A stretch of DNA of 64,000 nt from Camelus dromedarius (GCF_036321535.1 NC_087437.1:7192001-7256000), one strand, 5' to 3'; counted from the first letter of the stretch, positions 36,231-49,700 are shown. The notes: generated by a model from the sequence alone, not told the origin. Made by a program: numbers and translations.

Positions 36231-39129
36231 AGCCCCTCCTCCTCCCTTTTCTTTTCTTCCAGGCTTTTGAGTGCTGGTCTAAGAGCTATAATTTCATCTT
36301 TAGGCATATTTCTTCAGGCCTTCTTAATGAGGCATTTGATTTGTCCAGTCCTGCCTTCCTGAATTCAGCCTTTTAGGGATTTGGGGTGGCGAGAGTGTGG
36401 GAAAAAGGCAACGTGGAATACCGCCGTGCTGCTGAGAAAACACAATCTCAGGATTCGAAGCGATTGTGAGTTCTCTCTTTTCCCCCTTAGGCAGTGCTAT
36501 ATCTAAAAGGATTCTAGACAGATAATTTTCCATTGTCAAATATTTATTGCATGCCTATTGTGGGCCTTGCAGATGCTGGGCATGAGAGATACGAAAATGA
36601 ATTTATATTATTTTTTAAAAGCTTTTAAAAATGTGGAAATATTAGGAGTGAAGAACTTCTTTTCTGGAACCCAGTCTAAGAGGAACTAAATACTCTGCTT
36701 TTATTATTCAGCAATTTTGGACAATAAAAATAAGAAAGGAAGGGGGGAAAAAAGTAGTCTATAAAACACTGGGGTTTTGCCTATCTTATTTACTAAGTTC
36801 TGGGAGCCTTAAATATGTATTCAATAAATATTTCCTTGTAAGTTAAAGAGTTACAGGGAAGAACGTCACGTACAAAATTCTCTAATGATTGAAATAAAAC
36901 AGTTATGCTGCAATAAATGAAATATTTCCAGAAACCTTAAATATTTATTGCATGCCTATGATGGCCTATTAAGTATTTCCATACGGGGAGTATGAATGTT
37001 TTGTTTTTGTCACTTGACTTTGTGTATACGGAGTCACCAACAGGTTATATTGCTAAAGTTTCTTTCTAAGTGGAAACTGGAAACTGATTGTGTCAGAGAA
37101 ATAAAGCTCTGAGTGGTGGGTATGTCCCCCAAATTATTCCATTAAGTCCTGCGATACAGCTTTTCCATGAAATAAGTGAAAATTAAGCTTTTTGATAAAA
37201 ATAGATATATTTTCATAGTGAAATTAAGGAAGAAGCCACGTTCTTTTGCTTGGCTGTTAATGAGTAAAGCAGATTTAATTAGGAAGGGCACGAGGATATA
37301 GGTGTCAACACCTTTAGCAGGAATTTGGAGACAGATTTCTTGATTCTGTCACCAGCATGAAGGAGTTAGCACATTTTTTTTTCCTGTGTCTTTTGGTGAA
37401 GGATGAATAGGCAAGAAGTTTAATACTTCAAAATGCATTTTGCTTTCCTTTTCCTAATCCAGGTGTGTTGGGAGAAACCCCCTTTCATTCATCATGTCGA
37501 CTGGGGGCTTCACCCAGGAAATGAATGGCAGGAGAATGAAGAACAGAAAGGATATCTTTCTAAGGAGAAGGGGAAATGGCTGGAGTGTGAAGACAGCGAG
37601 AATGCAGGGGAGGCTGCGTGGTGAAAATGAGGTGCAAGATGCCAGGGTCCAGCGTGGGGACGCCATGTCTCCAGAGGGCAAAAACATGGGGGCAGAGAAG
37701 ACAGCCCAGGCCCCGGAAGTCACTACTGGGACCAGCCCGGGCGAATGCCTTGGCAGGGTGTGGGCAGCAGGCCCAGGAGAGAAACCATCTGAAGGGGAGC
37801 AAGATAACTTGTCTGAGAAATGCGCCATGTCTCACTAACTTGGCTGCAAGCTCACTGGGGAGGAAGGTGAGATATTTTTGTTTTGCCTTGAGGGTTGACA
37901 GAGAGCTTTATTGTCCAATGCTGGCTTCCTTTAATATGGGGAACCTTAAGAGGTCTTTCTTATGTTAAAGTAGGGGCTGGGAACGCTATTGCTCCAAAGC
38001 TGGAGGCTTAGAATATTGAGGGAGCAGAGAAGAGGTCTAACTACAAGAAGCATTAAATTTCCTGCAACTGGGAGGTTGGGGGAGGGGAGGGAAGATCTTT
38101 TGCTTTGTTCCCAGATTCTGAGACTTCTAATGAGGGGACGATGTGGATGCTGGGGCTGGACATGAAGTGTCGGTAGCACTGGGAGCTGTGATACAAGGGT
38201 CCAGAGGCTTATTTGGCATAAGGGAGTGGAGGACGGAAAGTTTCGGTCTTACTGCTTTCAAGAGGTCTATGTAGATTCAGACAATGAGCATCTTACACGT
38301 GACCCCAGTAACTTGAAAGCAAGAGGTTCCATCCAATGCCACTAAGTTACCGTAGTAGGTTTCTTGTAAGATTTCAATGGAGGGGGAAAACCACTCTCCA
38401 AAAGGATGGAGATGTGATTTCTTGGAAGCCCTGGTGTGTGGGGATTGAGTTACATGTAATGTAAATGAGAAAAATAAAAAAATATGTTCTGCTGTTGGCG
38501 TGTCCTCACATGCTTGTTTTTATAGTTTTGCTACATATGCAGCAGTCCATAAAAATACATGGAATTGTTTTGAATGTTTTAGAATTTTATATAAATGGTA
38601 TCATACAGTTAAGAGGAAGGGGATGGGGGGTGTGGAGCTGTGTGTACTGTGTTGTTTATTTAAAAAAGAAAAAGATCTGAAGCAAATATAGTAAAATGTT
38701 AACATTTGTTAAATCTGGATGGTGGATATCCAGGTGTCGCCTAAGTTTTTATTCCTGTACTTTTCTGTAGGTTTGAAACATTTGGTTATTTTTAAGAAAT
38801 AAAGGGGGAAAAACATACCAAAAAAAAAATAATAAATACAAAAATCAGCCTAATGTTTCTGCACTCCAAATGTCCCGGTAGGTTTAATACCAGTTTTACT
38901 TGAAATGTTTGCAAATTAGTTTGTTGCAACTCTTGAGGTATGTTAACAGCTTGAATCAAAGCCCTGCTATCTGATGACCCACTGACACTGCAAACTGAAT
39001 GTGACCCACTGTTACCACAGTATCTGGTTTCCACTTCTCCCTTGTAGCAAAAGTTATGATACATTCGATGACTGCATCCAGAAACCTAGCTATTATCCAG
39101 AATTTTTTTCCCCCTAACTTCCCATGTTC

Positions 39130-39640
39130 AGGTCACTGATTCTGTCTCCAAAGACACATGAGAACTGGACTTTGACCTCCAGCTCTGTGGTCACTACCTT
39201 ATTTGGAGCCATTTTCTCTTCCCTGAAATACCTCAACAGCCTCCCAGCTGGTTTCTCTGCTCTGACTCTTCCCATACCGGCTTCCTCCACATAGCAGCAA
39301 AAGTGACTTTCTTAAAACATGGAAATTCAACCATTTTAGTCCCTTCCTAAAAGCTCACAATGTCTTCTCCAAATACAAACCTTTAAGCCTAGCCTACAAG
39401 GCATTGCGTGATCTGACTCTTGAATTCATCTCCAACCTCATACGTTACCCCTTTCCTCACCCCTTGTTTATGCTGCAGCTATAATTAGCTACAGGAACAC
39501 ACCAAGCTCCTTCCCACCCCAGGCATCTTCGCATCTGTCCTCTCCTCTGCTGTAACTGGTCTTTGCACAGCCAGATCCTTGTTCCTTTAAGTCTCAGCTT
39601 CCGTCCCTCACTGACCACTGTGTTTCAAGTATATCCTGCC
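39130..39640 (+). mobile_element. L2 LINE fragment
   Basis: AACAGCCTCCCAGCTGGTTTCTCTGC...CCTCCACATAGCAGCAAAAGTGACTTTCTTAAAAC...CCTAGCCTACAAGGC. Confidence 0.8.
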
Positions 39641-39929
39641 CCCTTGCATTCTTTATTAACCTTCATTTTTGTTTCTTTTAGAGAACTTTCTGCCACTCCC
39701 CGTTATTTGACAGGATTGATTACATGATTGATTGCCACTTGTCACTCCTTTTTGGCTGTCCGGGATCTCAATTCTCTTCATATATTTGGAAACGTTCTGA
39801 CCTAGTGAATCTAAGCTTATCTCTAGGAAATGGCCAATCTTTGTCTTCTGAGAGTTCTCTGCACCTTGGACACACGGCCTAGACTCTGCCATTCCGAGCA
39901 CTCCCCCCAGATTTAGAAACTAGTGATGG

Positions 39930-40279
39930 GGGTAAGGAGAGACTGCTTAGAGTCCTTATTGGTGAGGGTGGTGGCAGCAGCAGCAGTGGTCCAACCCATT
40001 TCTGGAAATGGCAGGAACCGTGGTTAGGGTAGAACTAATCTGCTCTCCAGTTCCAGACAGTGGTGGACAGTCCAAGCCTGGGTGTGTCTGTCCAGCAGTG
40101 TAATCTGGGATGCTGTCACTGAAGCTGTGGCATGGTTTGAAGCCTTGTGCCTCACCGTGTAGCCTCCAAGCCTATTTTCCAGCACTGTCTGGGATTCTAG
40201 GAGTTATCCAAACAAATCTAACTTTTTAACAGATACTTTTTCTGCTTCAGTTAATTCTAGTTGATTTCTGTTCACTTGT
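39930..40279 (+). mobile_element. Ancient LTR remnant (MaLR/ERVL-like)
   Basis: 3' motif TTTTCTGCTTCAGTTAATTCTAGTTGATTTCTGTTCACTTG resembles MLT1/LTR16-class U5 ends. Confidence 0.4.
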
Positions 40280-40439
40280 CAAGACTGGGACTCAGGTAAG
40301 GCAAATGGGGCACACAGGGGACAGCATTTTAGAAGGGCCACCATTGGGTCATGAAGTGCCAACCCTGTATTTGCATGTACCCGAGAGGGAAACCTCCTTA
40401 ACTTGTATGGCTTACGTGCCTCACTCTGCCCCAGCCCTA
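40280..40439. mobile_element. MER91A-like palindromic hAT-Tip100 MITE
   Basis: CTGGGACTCAGGTAAGGCAA...GGGTCATGAAGTGCCAACCCTGTATTTGCATGTACCCGAGAG...TGCCTCACTCTGCCCCAGCCCT. Confidence 0.75.
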
Positions 40440-41189
40440 TGCTTGCAATGGTAAAAAGATATCGAATTCAATTTTTCTTGAGGTCTGGGTTTTCTGAAAA
40501 TAAGTGGTGAATGCCCCATCTCGTGAAGCTAGAGGGTGGAATATTTCTGTAGGTCTAGCTAAGAGTGAGAAGCTTGTTCCTCCAGAATTAACCCATCACT
40601 CTCTTTCCATCTGTATAAGAGGCAAAAAATAAACTGGAATTTGGAGATGCTGGGAGTGGGAAATTTCTTTTCATGGACTGAAGGACCCAGGGACCAGCAT
40701 TTTGAGTCTTGTCTAAACCTAACAAGTTCTAGTTGGCTCATTGCCCTTGGACGGCACAGTAGACTAAGAAGCAATGGAAATGGCCAGAACTTCCTGAATT
40801 TGGCAGGATGGTTGATAAGTGAGTCTCCTGTTGGGAGAGTTAAGTGCTGTAAATGGGAGCTGGCCTGAGTCCTCTGTCCGAGAGAGCAATACAGAGGAGC
40901 TAAGTGGTCCAAACTGAGATATGAACTGCCAGCAACCAGGGTTGACGGAGAGGGTCGTACATGACCGCTTGAAGGGGCCTTGATACTATCAATGTAGATC
41001 ACTGGCGATGGGCGATCTCTAAAAACCCACAAAAGTACCTCAGGAGGACCACATCCAAAGAGTACTTCTATGAGATTCCAGCTACTGGAGTTGGGTAAAA
41101 CTTTTCCTGTCCTCAGTTCCTTTCTAATATCTCCTGCCTCACACATGGTCTTGGCCATGGGAACTTTGAAATATAAGAGGATTCACAAC

Positions 41190-41470
41190 TTCCATGCTAC
41201 CACAATGGCCCAGCAAACCATCACCCTGCCTCTGGATTCTGCACAAATCTTCTGATGGATCTGCTTTCTCTTGGCTTTGTCCTTTCCTCATCCAGTCTAA
41301 TCACAGCAGCTAAATGATCTGTTAAAGCCCATTCCACCTCATGTCATTTCTCTGCTCAAAACCCTCTAGTGGCCCACATGACCAACAAGGCCCTATGTGC
41401 TCTTGGCCCCTCTTCACTCACTGTCCTCCTGTCTTTCTGTTCTCTCCACTTCTTCACTCTACTCTAAACA
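41190..41470 (+). mobile_element. L2 LINE fragment
   Basis: CACAGCAGCTAAATGATCTGTTAAAG...CATGTCATTTCTCTGCTCAAAACCCTCTAGTGGC. Confidence 0.75.
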
Positions 41471-41472
41471 TA

Positions 41473-42615
41473 CATCTTTAGGGTGTTCTGTATATAGTAT
41501 CAGATCAACTGCAAATTGTGGCACTTTTATTTCTTCCTTTCCAATTTGGATGCCTTTTATTTCTTTTTCTTGTCTTATTGATGTAGCTAAGATTTCCAAC
41601 ACTGTGCTGAATAAAAGTGACGAGAATGATCATCTTTACCTTGTTCCTGAGCTTAGAGGAAACGGTTTCAGCTTTTCACCATTGACTATGATGTTGGCTG
41701 TGGGTTCGTCATATATGACCCTTATTATATTGAATATGAAGTCATGTCCCCTCTATGCCCACATTGTTGAGAGTTTTTTTTTTTTTATCATAAATGAATG
41801 TTGAGTTTTGTCAAACGCTTTTTTCTGCGTCTGTTGAGATGATACAATTTTTATCTTTCATTTTGTTAATGTGATAAATTACATTCATTGACTTGTGGAT
41901 ATTAAATCATTGTTACATCCCTGGAATAAGTCCCATATGATCATGGTGTATAACTCTTTTAATGTATTGTTGAATTTGATTTGCTAATATTTTGTTGAGG
42001 ATTTTTCCATCTATTTTCATCAGGTACACTGGCCTGTAATTTTCTTCCTTTTTTGTAGTTGTTTTTGCTAGTTTTTGTATCAGGGTAATATTGGCATTGT
42101 AGAATAAGCTTGAAAGTGTTTCTTTTTCTTCAGTTTTTTGGACTAGGTTGAGGAGGTTAGTTAGTAATAATTCTTTAAATGTTTGGGATAATTTACTTGT
42201 GAAACCATCTAATACTGGACTGCTGTTTGTTGAGACTTTTTTGATTATGATTCAATTTCATTCTTAGTAACAGATCCATTCAGATTTTCTATTTTTTCCT
42301 GATTCAGTTTCGGGGGACTGTATGTTTCTAGAAGTTTATCTATTTCTTCTAGGTTGTCCAGTTTGTTGGCATATAGTTTGTTGTTCATAGTAATCTCATT
42401 ATCCTTTGTATTTTTCTGATGTCCATTGTAACTTCTCTTTCATTTCTGATTTTATTTATAACTTCTCTCTTTTTGGTCTTGATGAGTCTGGCTAAAGGTT
42501 TATCAATTTGGTTATCCTTTCAAGGAAACAACTGATCTTTTCTATTTTTTTTTTCAGCCTGTTTCATTTATTTTCACTCTGATCTTCATTATTTAATTCC
42601 TTCTACTAACCTTCT
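41473..42615 (-). mobile_element. L1 ORF2 fragment (reverse-transcriptase region), degraded
   Basis: CTTCCTTTCCAATTTGGATGCCTTTTATTTC...CAGCTTTTCACCATTGACTATGATGTTGGCTGTGGG...TTTGCTAATATTTTGTTGAGGATTTT; no long ORF survives. Confidence 0.9.
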
Positions 42616-43399
42616 TTTAATGTTGTTGTATCTAGTGCTATGTCTGGAATAACTGAATCCATTTTTCTACTGACCCAAGGATAAAGCAAACACATAGAAG
42701 GACCAAGAGAATTGCTAAAAAGTATATAGGGAGCTTATTTTAATCTTGGACTTTTATTATGATAGTTAATAAATCCCCATATTGTTTATAACAGTTTGAA
42801 TTAGAGCTTGTTGCTAGTTGAAGTCTAAAGAATCCAGCTGATACACCTTTGTTCCTTTATTTTTTTTCTTCACTTTCCTCCAAAAGAGATTTTCATCCAA
42901 ATAAAAAGTAAGTTCGTGAAGTTATAAGCCATATAATGTGAGTAGACCCATCCAAGAAAGTATCTTGCTAAGGACTCAAGGAGAAGGTGATAAGTCTGAA
43001 AGAAGAATGCTGGAAGAAAATGGAGGTAAGAAATAGACTAGAGAAAATGTATTATGCAGAGCAGAGGTGGATGAAGAGGGTGGCTTGGGATTAAATCCAT
43101 GAGTGCTAGTTGCCTCTTCTGATGTGTCTTCACCTGAAGCCCCAGGTATCCTCAGCCAGTAGAGCTTTCAGACTTTAAAGAACCAAACTGGATCATAAGG
43201 AAATGACAAAGCCCTTCCTCATTTTCCATCTTGAGCCTTCTCTGTTAAGTTATCTGATATAAAGATCATTTCAGCATGAACACAACAAATCTGTTCTCAA
43301 GGCTTTTGTGTCTTGCTAAAGCAAAAGGTATATTGAACAATCTTGCATTTAGAATTTTTGTGGTATCTTTTAGTTTGAGCAGTTAGTTACTCTGAGTTT

Positions 43400-44110
43400 A
43401 GTTAACATATGAATGTGCATTGAGTAACTACTATATTCATCACATGTGCAGATTAGTGCATACTACAGGTCTTTAAGGAGTCAAGCCAGAGAGACAAAGC
43501 CATACCTCATCAACTTAAAGCACTCAGAATAATAGAATAAGTGTGAAATAAAAATTCTTAAAATGTGCTCTAAGTGTTCTTTGAACGATCATTTCCTTTC
43601 AACTAGGTGGATCAAGAAAGGCTTGACAGAGGAAGGGACACACCTCAGTTGGGTCTTGAGAAACAAGTAGGCCTTCAAAAGAGAAAACTATTAACTAGGG
43701 TGAGATCTTGCATGGAATGAGGAAATTTCCAGGAAAGCAAGAAATCTGGTTAGGCTGGATAGAGTTACACATGAGGAGGTCTCCAGAGAGGTAAACTTGG
43801 ACAGGTACAGTGGCAATTGACAGTAAGGGAACATCATTCAGGGAAATTAGCCCTTATCCTCCAGGCTGTCCAGAGAAATGGTTTTCAATCAAGGGACTGT
43901 GACCAAGTCTGTGAAAATTAACCCAGGTAGCAGCAGGGGGACATATGTTCAGGGATGGGAGGAAAGAGAGTTAGGAAGTTAGAAGGCCCTCTTAAGGAAC
44001 TATTTTGGTGGTACAAATGAAAGATGAAGAATATCTGAAAAAAGGACAGTATTGGTAGGGACAGAAAAAAGAAGAAGTTTGGATACTATTGCAGGAGAAT
44101 CAACAGGTTT
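43400..44110 (-). mobile_element. L2 (L2b/c-like) remnant
   Basis: CATTGAGTAACTACTAT...GGATCAAGAAAGGCTTGACAGAGGAAGGGACA...GTTGGGTCTTGAGAAAC. Confidence 0.55.
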
Positions 44111-44169
44111 CAGGGGGTGGCTTGGGACTGAGTTCTGGCCCATGGAATGTGGGTGGAAGTGAGAGAAAC

Positions 44170-44392
44170 CACTAAAAAGCCTAGTTCTTGCTATTCCAGG
44201 CGGCCTCCAAGTCTTCTCTTCCTATCTGAACCAGCCTTGAAAAGTGTACCTGACAGCGTACCCATGTGGTGGGAGAAGCCCAGATACTTTCAGCACAAGA
44301 TGCTGAGGAGAGCCACCTGACCACCTCTAGACTGTGACATGAAGGTTTTTATTCCATTTGTTACAGTAGCAGAGCCTAGCCAACACTAACGC
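44170..44392 (+). mobile_element. MLT1-like LTR 3' part
   Basis: TTTGTTACAGTAGCAGAGCCTAGCCAACACTAACGCA terminus. Confidence 0.55.
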
Positions 44393-45079
44393 ATGCACTT
44401 GTTTTTGGAGAAGTCCATGAATTTGTTTTGAAATGTGATGAGTTGGTGCTAACTACCCGGCAGTTAGAGAGGCATGTTTGAGATCAAGAGGATGTTAAGA
44501 ATAGAGTTGCCACTTTCCTATTTGTCCACATAAAAGTTTCATTTGAAATGATGTATGCACATAATTCAAAGGGTCCTAGAACTTTTATTTTTTCACATTG
44601 AACATCAACAACAAAAAAAAAATCTGTGGCTAAAGTTAGCTCCCAAATTTGAATTCTTTCATCATTTATCTAAATAAACTTTCCCACCATTGCACTCAAG
44701 ACCAAAACTTTAGAAGGAAAACCTACTCCATCCTTCTAAAGTACTTTGGGGCTATAGGACACAGGAGCAGAAGAAATCTATTTGTGTGATGTGGAGGTCA
44801 CCAAGGAGGACTAAAAGCTTCTAAAACCTCTCCATCAGAAGAGATTAAATTGGCATCTGAACAGAGCTTTAGATCATCAGGCAAACCTCCTCCTTTAGGG
44901 ATAAAAGCCCATTCAATCAGATATGTGTTGACTCTTCTGACTAAGAGTAAAGAGCTTCAGAAAGTAGATTAAAAGGAGAAACATTTATTTGGGTATCACA
45001 CAAAGATGACTTCTCTGCCCCCACCCCTAAGAGGCACAACCTTATACAATCAGGATCAAGGGCTTTATCAGGGGTCATA

Positions 45080-45280
45080 ATAATGACAATAACAAACATT
45101 TATCAAGAACTTACTAGACCCCAGGCTCCTGGCAATAGTCCCCTAAGTCAGATTGAAGTAATAGTTCCATTTTGCAGATGAAAAAGTTTGGTGATTTGCT
45201 GAAGGTCACAGTAGGCGGGATGCCCACAAACTCAAACCCAGGTAATTTGATATCAGACTCCAAATTCTTAATTATTACAG
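45080..45280 (-). mobile_element. MIR SINE
   Basis: AACATTTATCAAGAACTTACT...CCATTTTGCAGATGAAAAA...GAAGGTCACAG. Confidence 0.7.
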
Positions 45281-48200
45281 TCTATTGATTTAAGAACTTA
45301 TTTTTAAAAAGAAAGAAAATTGAGGTCTCTGAATGCACCGTGAGCTGTTTTCACTGGAAGTATTTTTCCTTCTTTGCGGCACACAAAATAATAATAGTAC
45401 ATCTCACTAAGATTGCGTCTTAGATTCCATAAGTGTAATACAATGCTAATCAGCCTCTACTGACTGTTACGGCACGTGTAATTAGGCGGGAAAGCAAGGG
45501 CTGACTTAGTAAGAGCTATGTATTAGGGAAGATGCTTTCCAACTTTCTCACAAAGCAGAATGCATTATGCAAACAAAATCTGACCCAGAGCGCTAATACG
45601 TAAAGCAGAGAAAAGTGGTATTAGTATAAATGTACGTTATGTTCAAATACACATGTATGTATTATGTGCTTACACAGTGAGACTACAAGTTAGCACATGG
45701 GAGGTCTCCAGTAGGTTGAATTTCCATTTGAATGTCCAGGGTTTGTTTGTTTTTTTTAATTAGTGTTTTAAAAATATTTAAAGATATAGTTTAAGCCATC
45801 ATGTTCAAATCAAATATGAAGGAAATCGGGACATACCTTTGAATCCATAGCATGAACACCATTCTTTAAGGATGATTTGAATCACTACGTGACAACTGTC
45901 TTCATAAGACACTCCAGTTTCTCTTTTATACTGGACATTATTACATCGAAATTTTGGGGAATGACAACCATCCAAAGAATAGCCTTGTAGGATCGTACAG
46001 CTTGAGGGAGGCAAAAGAAACAGTCTCTTCAAGTTCTCCGCCCTCACCCATGTCACTTCTACCATCACTAGGCATTTTCTGCAACATAACAGGACTCCTG
46101 GGGCCAGCTTTCCAGGTTTGAGTACCGACTCTATGCCTGAGTTTCTACCCGAGCCAGGACAAGTTGTTCAACTTTCCCTGACTTGGGATTTCCTGTAGGT
46201 AGGAATCCAAATATCAGCAGTTATTTTGCAATAATTTTAAGAAGCATATGAAATAATATGAATGAATCATTACCCACGATGTCTGTAGTAAGCAATTAAT
46301 ACATTTTAATGTTTATAGTTATTATGGTGTCTCTGCAAGGGGGCGATAACCATGTGAGGGGCTGGGGACAGAAAGATGCTCTAGTGATGGTCTCTGCCAT
46401 CCAGGAAGGCTCATCTCTTTGAGGAGATTGAACATAAGCATGAAAGATAAATAGCAGTAAAAGTCAACACCAGGTAAGTGGTTGACAAAGACAAGGATGC
46501 TCAAAATCACAGGCGTAAGAGCACCTTGTTTTCAAATTATATTCAGCCAGGTTCTAGACCTCACAGTAATATAAATATGTATGACAGTAGCTGTAATCTA
46601 GGGATCTAGAGAATATATCTGGACCACTGATTGTAGCTACTGGCCTGCAATGTTTAGAAAGGTTTGAGCCAACTTTTAAGTATCATATACAAATCTGAAT
46701 TTCCACAGACATTTGTTTCCCTAGAGACCTCACCTATTTCTGGCAGAAATGTGGGGAGAGGACATCCACTCTGAACACAGGAATCAAAGGAAAGCACATT
46801 CAATCAGCTGCCCCCAAATCCACCAGCCATCCGCAGAGGGGGCAGCATGGCCCTAGCCTTCTGCTGAGTGGGGTCACTTAGGGAGGGTACTTCCAAAGGG
46901 AAGAGGAGACTCGGCTGTCCTTCAGGGGTTGTGCTGAGATCCTTCAGAGGCTGGAGAGGAAACTCACAGAGAACCTCCTTCCCTTTGCTCAAAGCCATTC
47001 TGTGAGGAGGTGGGAACCTCAACCTTTGGGAGGAAGCCCAGTGATGCTCAGCACATCCAAGCATCAGATCAGACCATCATAATAAAAAAAAAAATCTAAT
47101 GACATATTGATTTAATTTTGGGGGGAGCAGGATAAACTACCACCCCACCGTATCTATGAGATGTCTCCACTTCTTACTGCAACTTCCATTTTTTTAAATA
47201 GAAAGCTTTCAACCCTCTGTGCTTGTCTAATGTCTGTTCAGAGCAGTTTAAGACCCTGTTCCTGTTCCAAAGTCAATACCTGTTAAGATGATCTTCAACC
47301 CAAGGAAGAAAATAAAATTTAAAAAAGTTTGTTTAAAAATAAAATCTGACTTTCCAACTTTTTTCTTTCTTTTAACCAAAAGATTGTACAGACTGGACCC
47401 CCAGGTCTGCATATTAACAATCACTTGGGAGAAGTGGTTGCTATCCCTCTTAGGAACGTGAGCAAGCTCTCTATTTGTCAGAGACCTCACCACTCCCTAT
47501 TGGTCCCCATTGCTGTGGTCAATTTCACATCCGCATCAGTGTTGCCCTTGTCCTTTTGGCTTTTTCCTACTTCTTTGTGGAAATAAAGAGTATTACTACA
47601 TGTTCACCGTGCAAACAAAAGTCTTATGCCTCGTTTGCTTTACTCATTGACCAAGTCTGTCTGTTACAGTCATGTGACTCTCTATGATTTATAAAGACTT
47701 GGATACAAAATGACACTTGAAGAATGCTTACAATGGAAGAAAATGTGCAAGGAAGTAAGTGACACTGGAGGAAAAAATCAAATGTTGCAGGGATGGAAAG
47801 AGGGGATTGAGATTATCAGGTAAGATTTCATGGGGGAGGTGGGTTTTGAAGAAATTATGAGTTCTTGGACTAGGACGACAATATTGGGGCAGGTAAATGT
47901 CTACACTGTGCAAAATAAATAGTTGTCTAGAGACCCATGACGTATTTCATTCTTTCTCCCCTGCTTAATAACTTTCAGTGGCTCCCCATTGTCTTCAACA
48001 CAGACTGATCGAGATAGGAAATCATTTATGATGTGACCCCTGTTTGTTTTGTGCAGCCAAATCTTAGCTTGTTTTGTGCAGCCAAATCTCCCACTGTGGC
48101 CCCAGTGACCTAACCAAGCTCAACAGTTTGCTGTTCCCTCTAGGTACCAATCTTGTATTTTGAACTGACTTTGTTCAAATTTACCCCCTGTCCCCTGTCC

Positions 48201-49249
48201 CCTCTCCCCACATTGTCACCTCTTCTGAGAACCCTTCTCTGATATGGTCTTCCTCCAAGGCTGAGTTTGGGGTTCCTTCTCACTTAGCACGGAGAGCAGG
48301 ACTACATCTTCACATTTAGGCCCCTGGGCTTGTCATGGTCTCACCATTCATTTGTCTCCCTCAATGGACTCTCAGTTCCTTGACCAAGAGTAGCCCAGAG
48401 TGCAGCGCTGTGAGGAAAACAGAGATGGGCTCATTAGTCCCGAGAGAGTCACTTTATGAGCCAGCAGAGTACATAGGCATGTTCTTTTTCATGCAATCCA
48501 GCTGACCCCCAGGGTTTCCCTGGTCCCAGATATTTAAGTCAACTTATTATGAACTTTTCTGAAAGTCCGGAGCCCTCTCCACAATTTTTGGCAAATTCCT
48601 GGCAACTTATTCCTTATCCATCTGGTCCTGGACACTCCAGCTGTCACATGTGAATCTTCCCCCCATCCTACTCTGTCCTGGAGGTAACTCAGCCCTGCAC
48701 CCGTTCCCATGAGAGATCCTCTAGAAATCAGCTTTGTGCTAGTTTCATTACTTAATTGAAAAATTGAGGCGACAAAGGAGAGTTTACCACACATAGACAA
48801 ATAATCTGTCTACGCCTAATTCTCTGTAATGCTCTGTTCTCCCTCAAGCACTTGTCAGGGTATATCCCTAAGCAAATACTGTTCTCTTTCTAAGAGGAGA
48901 GTGCCAGCTGTGAATGCAGGGGCATTTTACATCATAAACTCATGTTGACCCTAAGTCTTTCTCTTTGTGTTTGTCTCTTCATTTTCCTTAGTTCTACTGC
49001 ATGGAATGAGCCAAAACACGTTTATCTTCTACAAGGCAGATTTTCAAATCTTTCACACAGTTCTGATCTTTTAACAGGTCAAATGTCTACACTGTCTTTC
49101 TCCAGGATTGGGGACTCTGGGAAGTAATTCTTTTTCTCAATGAGAAAAAAAGTCCACTGATTTTCATACTATTACTACTGAGAGTTTTTATGTGCAAACC
49201 TTTCTTCAAAGTTGCCCTAAATTAATCTGGTGAAATTTAAGATTTCTCT

Positions 49250-49700
49250 TGCCTTCAGTTGGATGAACACTTTGGGGACAACAAGCAAAGTAGATTATTT
49301 CACCCAAGTTATTTACACAAAGTTAAAAACCGGGTCACAGCCTTCCTATTTAAGCTGATCAACTTAATTATAACTCTTGGATGCAGGCATGTGCAATGTT
49401 TTCTGTGGTTTGGGTGTAATTTCCTGCCAGCGCGGGATGTAGAGGCGGAGGGGAGGGGGGGGGGTGTTTCTGCTGAGTTTTGGCACCAAATGCTCCAGTC
49501 CAGCTGCTCTCTGCTAAGTGTCAATGACCTTACCCAACAGCACCCAGACAGTCAAGGTCCCCGTAATGAGAAAACCAAATTACAGGTACGTAATTTTCAC
49601 AATTTTCTGCCAGGATCTCCAAGCTGGTGACAAATTGATATACTACTGTCTGTTCGGAAGGCTGGCTTTCAGAAAACAGGCGACTCTCAGTTGAAATCCT
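49250..49700. promoter_or_regulatory. Candidate conserved enhancer
   Basis: Repeat-free; FOX-like TATTTAC at 49310, TTAATTAT, CArG-like CCTATTTAAG, nuclear-receptor half sites GGGTCA and TGACCT. Confidence 0.35.

Noticed and set aside
37433..37968. Cluster of overlapping ORFs in a purine-rich stretch
   Set aside because: Stop-poor composition explains open frames on both strands; partly resembles degraded L2; no recognisable protein.
40559..41158. Longest ORF (199 aa, minus strand)
   Set aside because: No recognisable domain or homologue, Ser/Leu/Pro-rich composition typical of random frames, and no promoter or splice context. A BLASTP/PhyloCSF hit would change this.
41397..41804. 135-aa plus-strand ORF
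   Set aside because: Antisense reading of a degraded L1 ORF2 fragment.
46828..46848. CTCF-like AGGGGGCAGCA
   Set aside because: Only the right half matches; the CCASY left half is absent.
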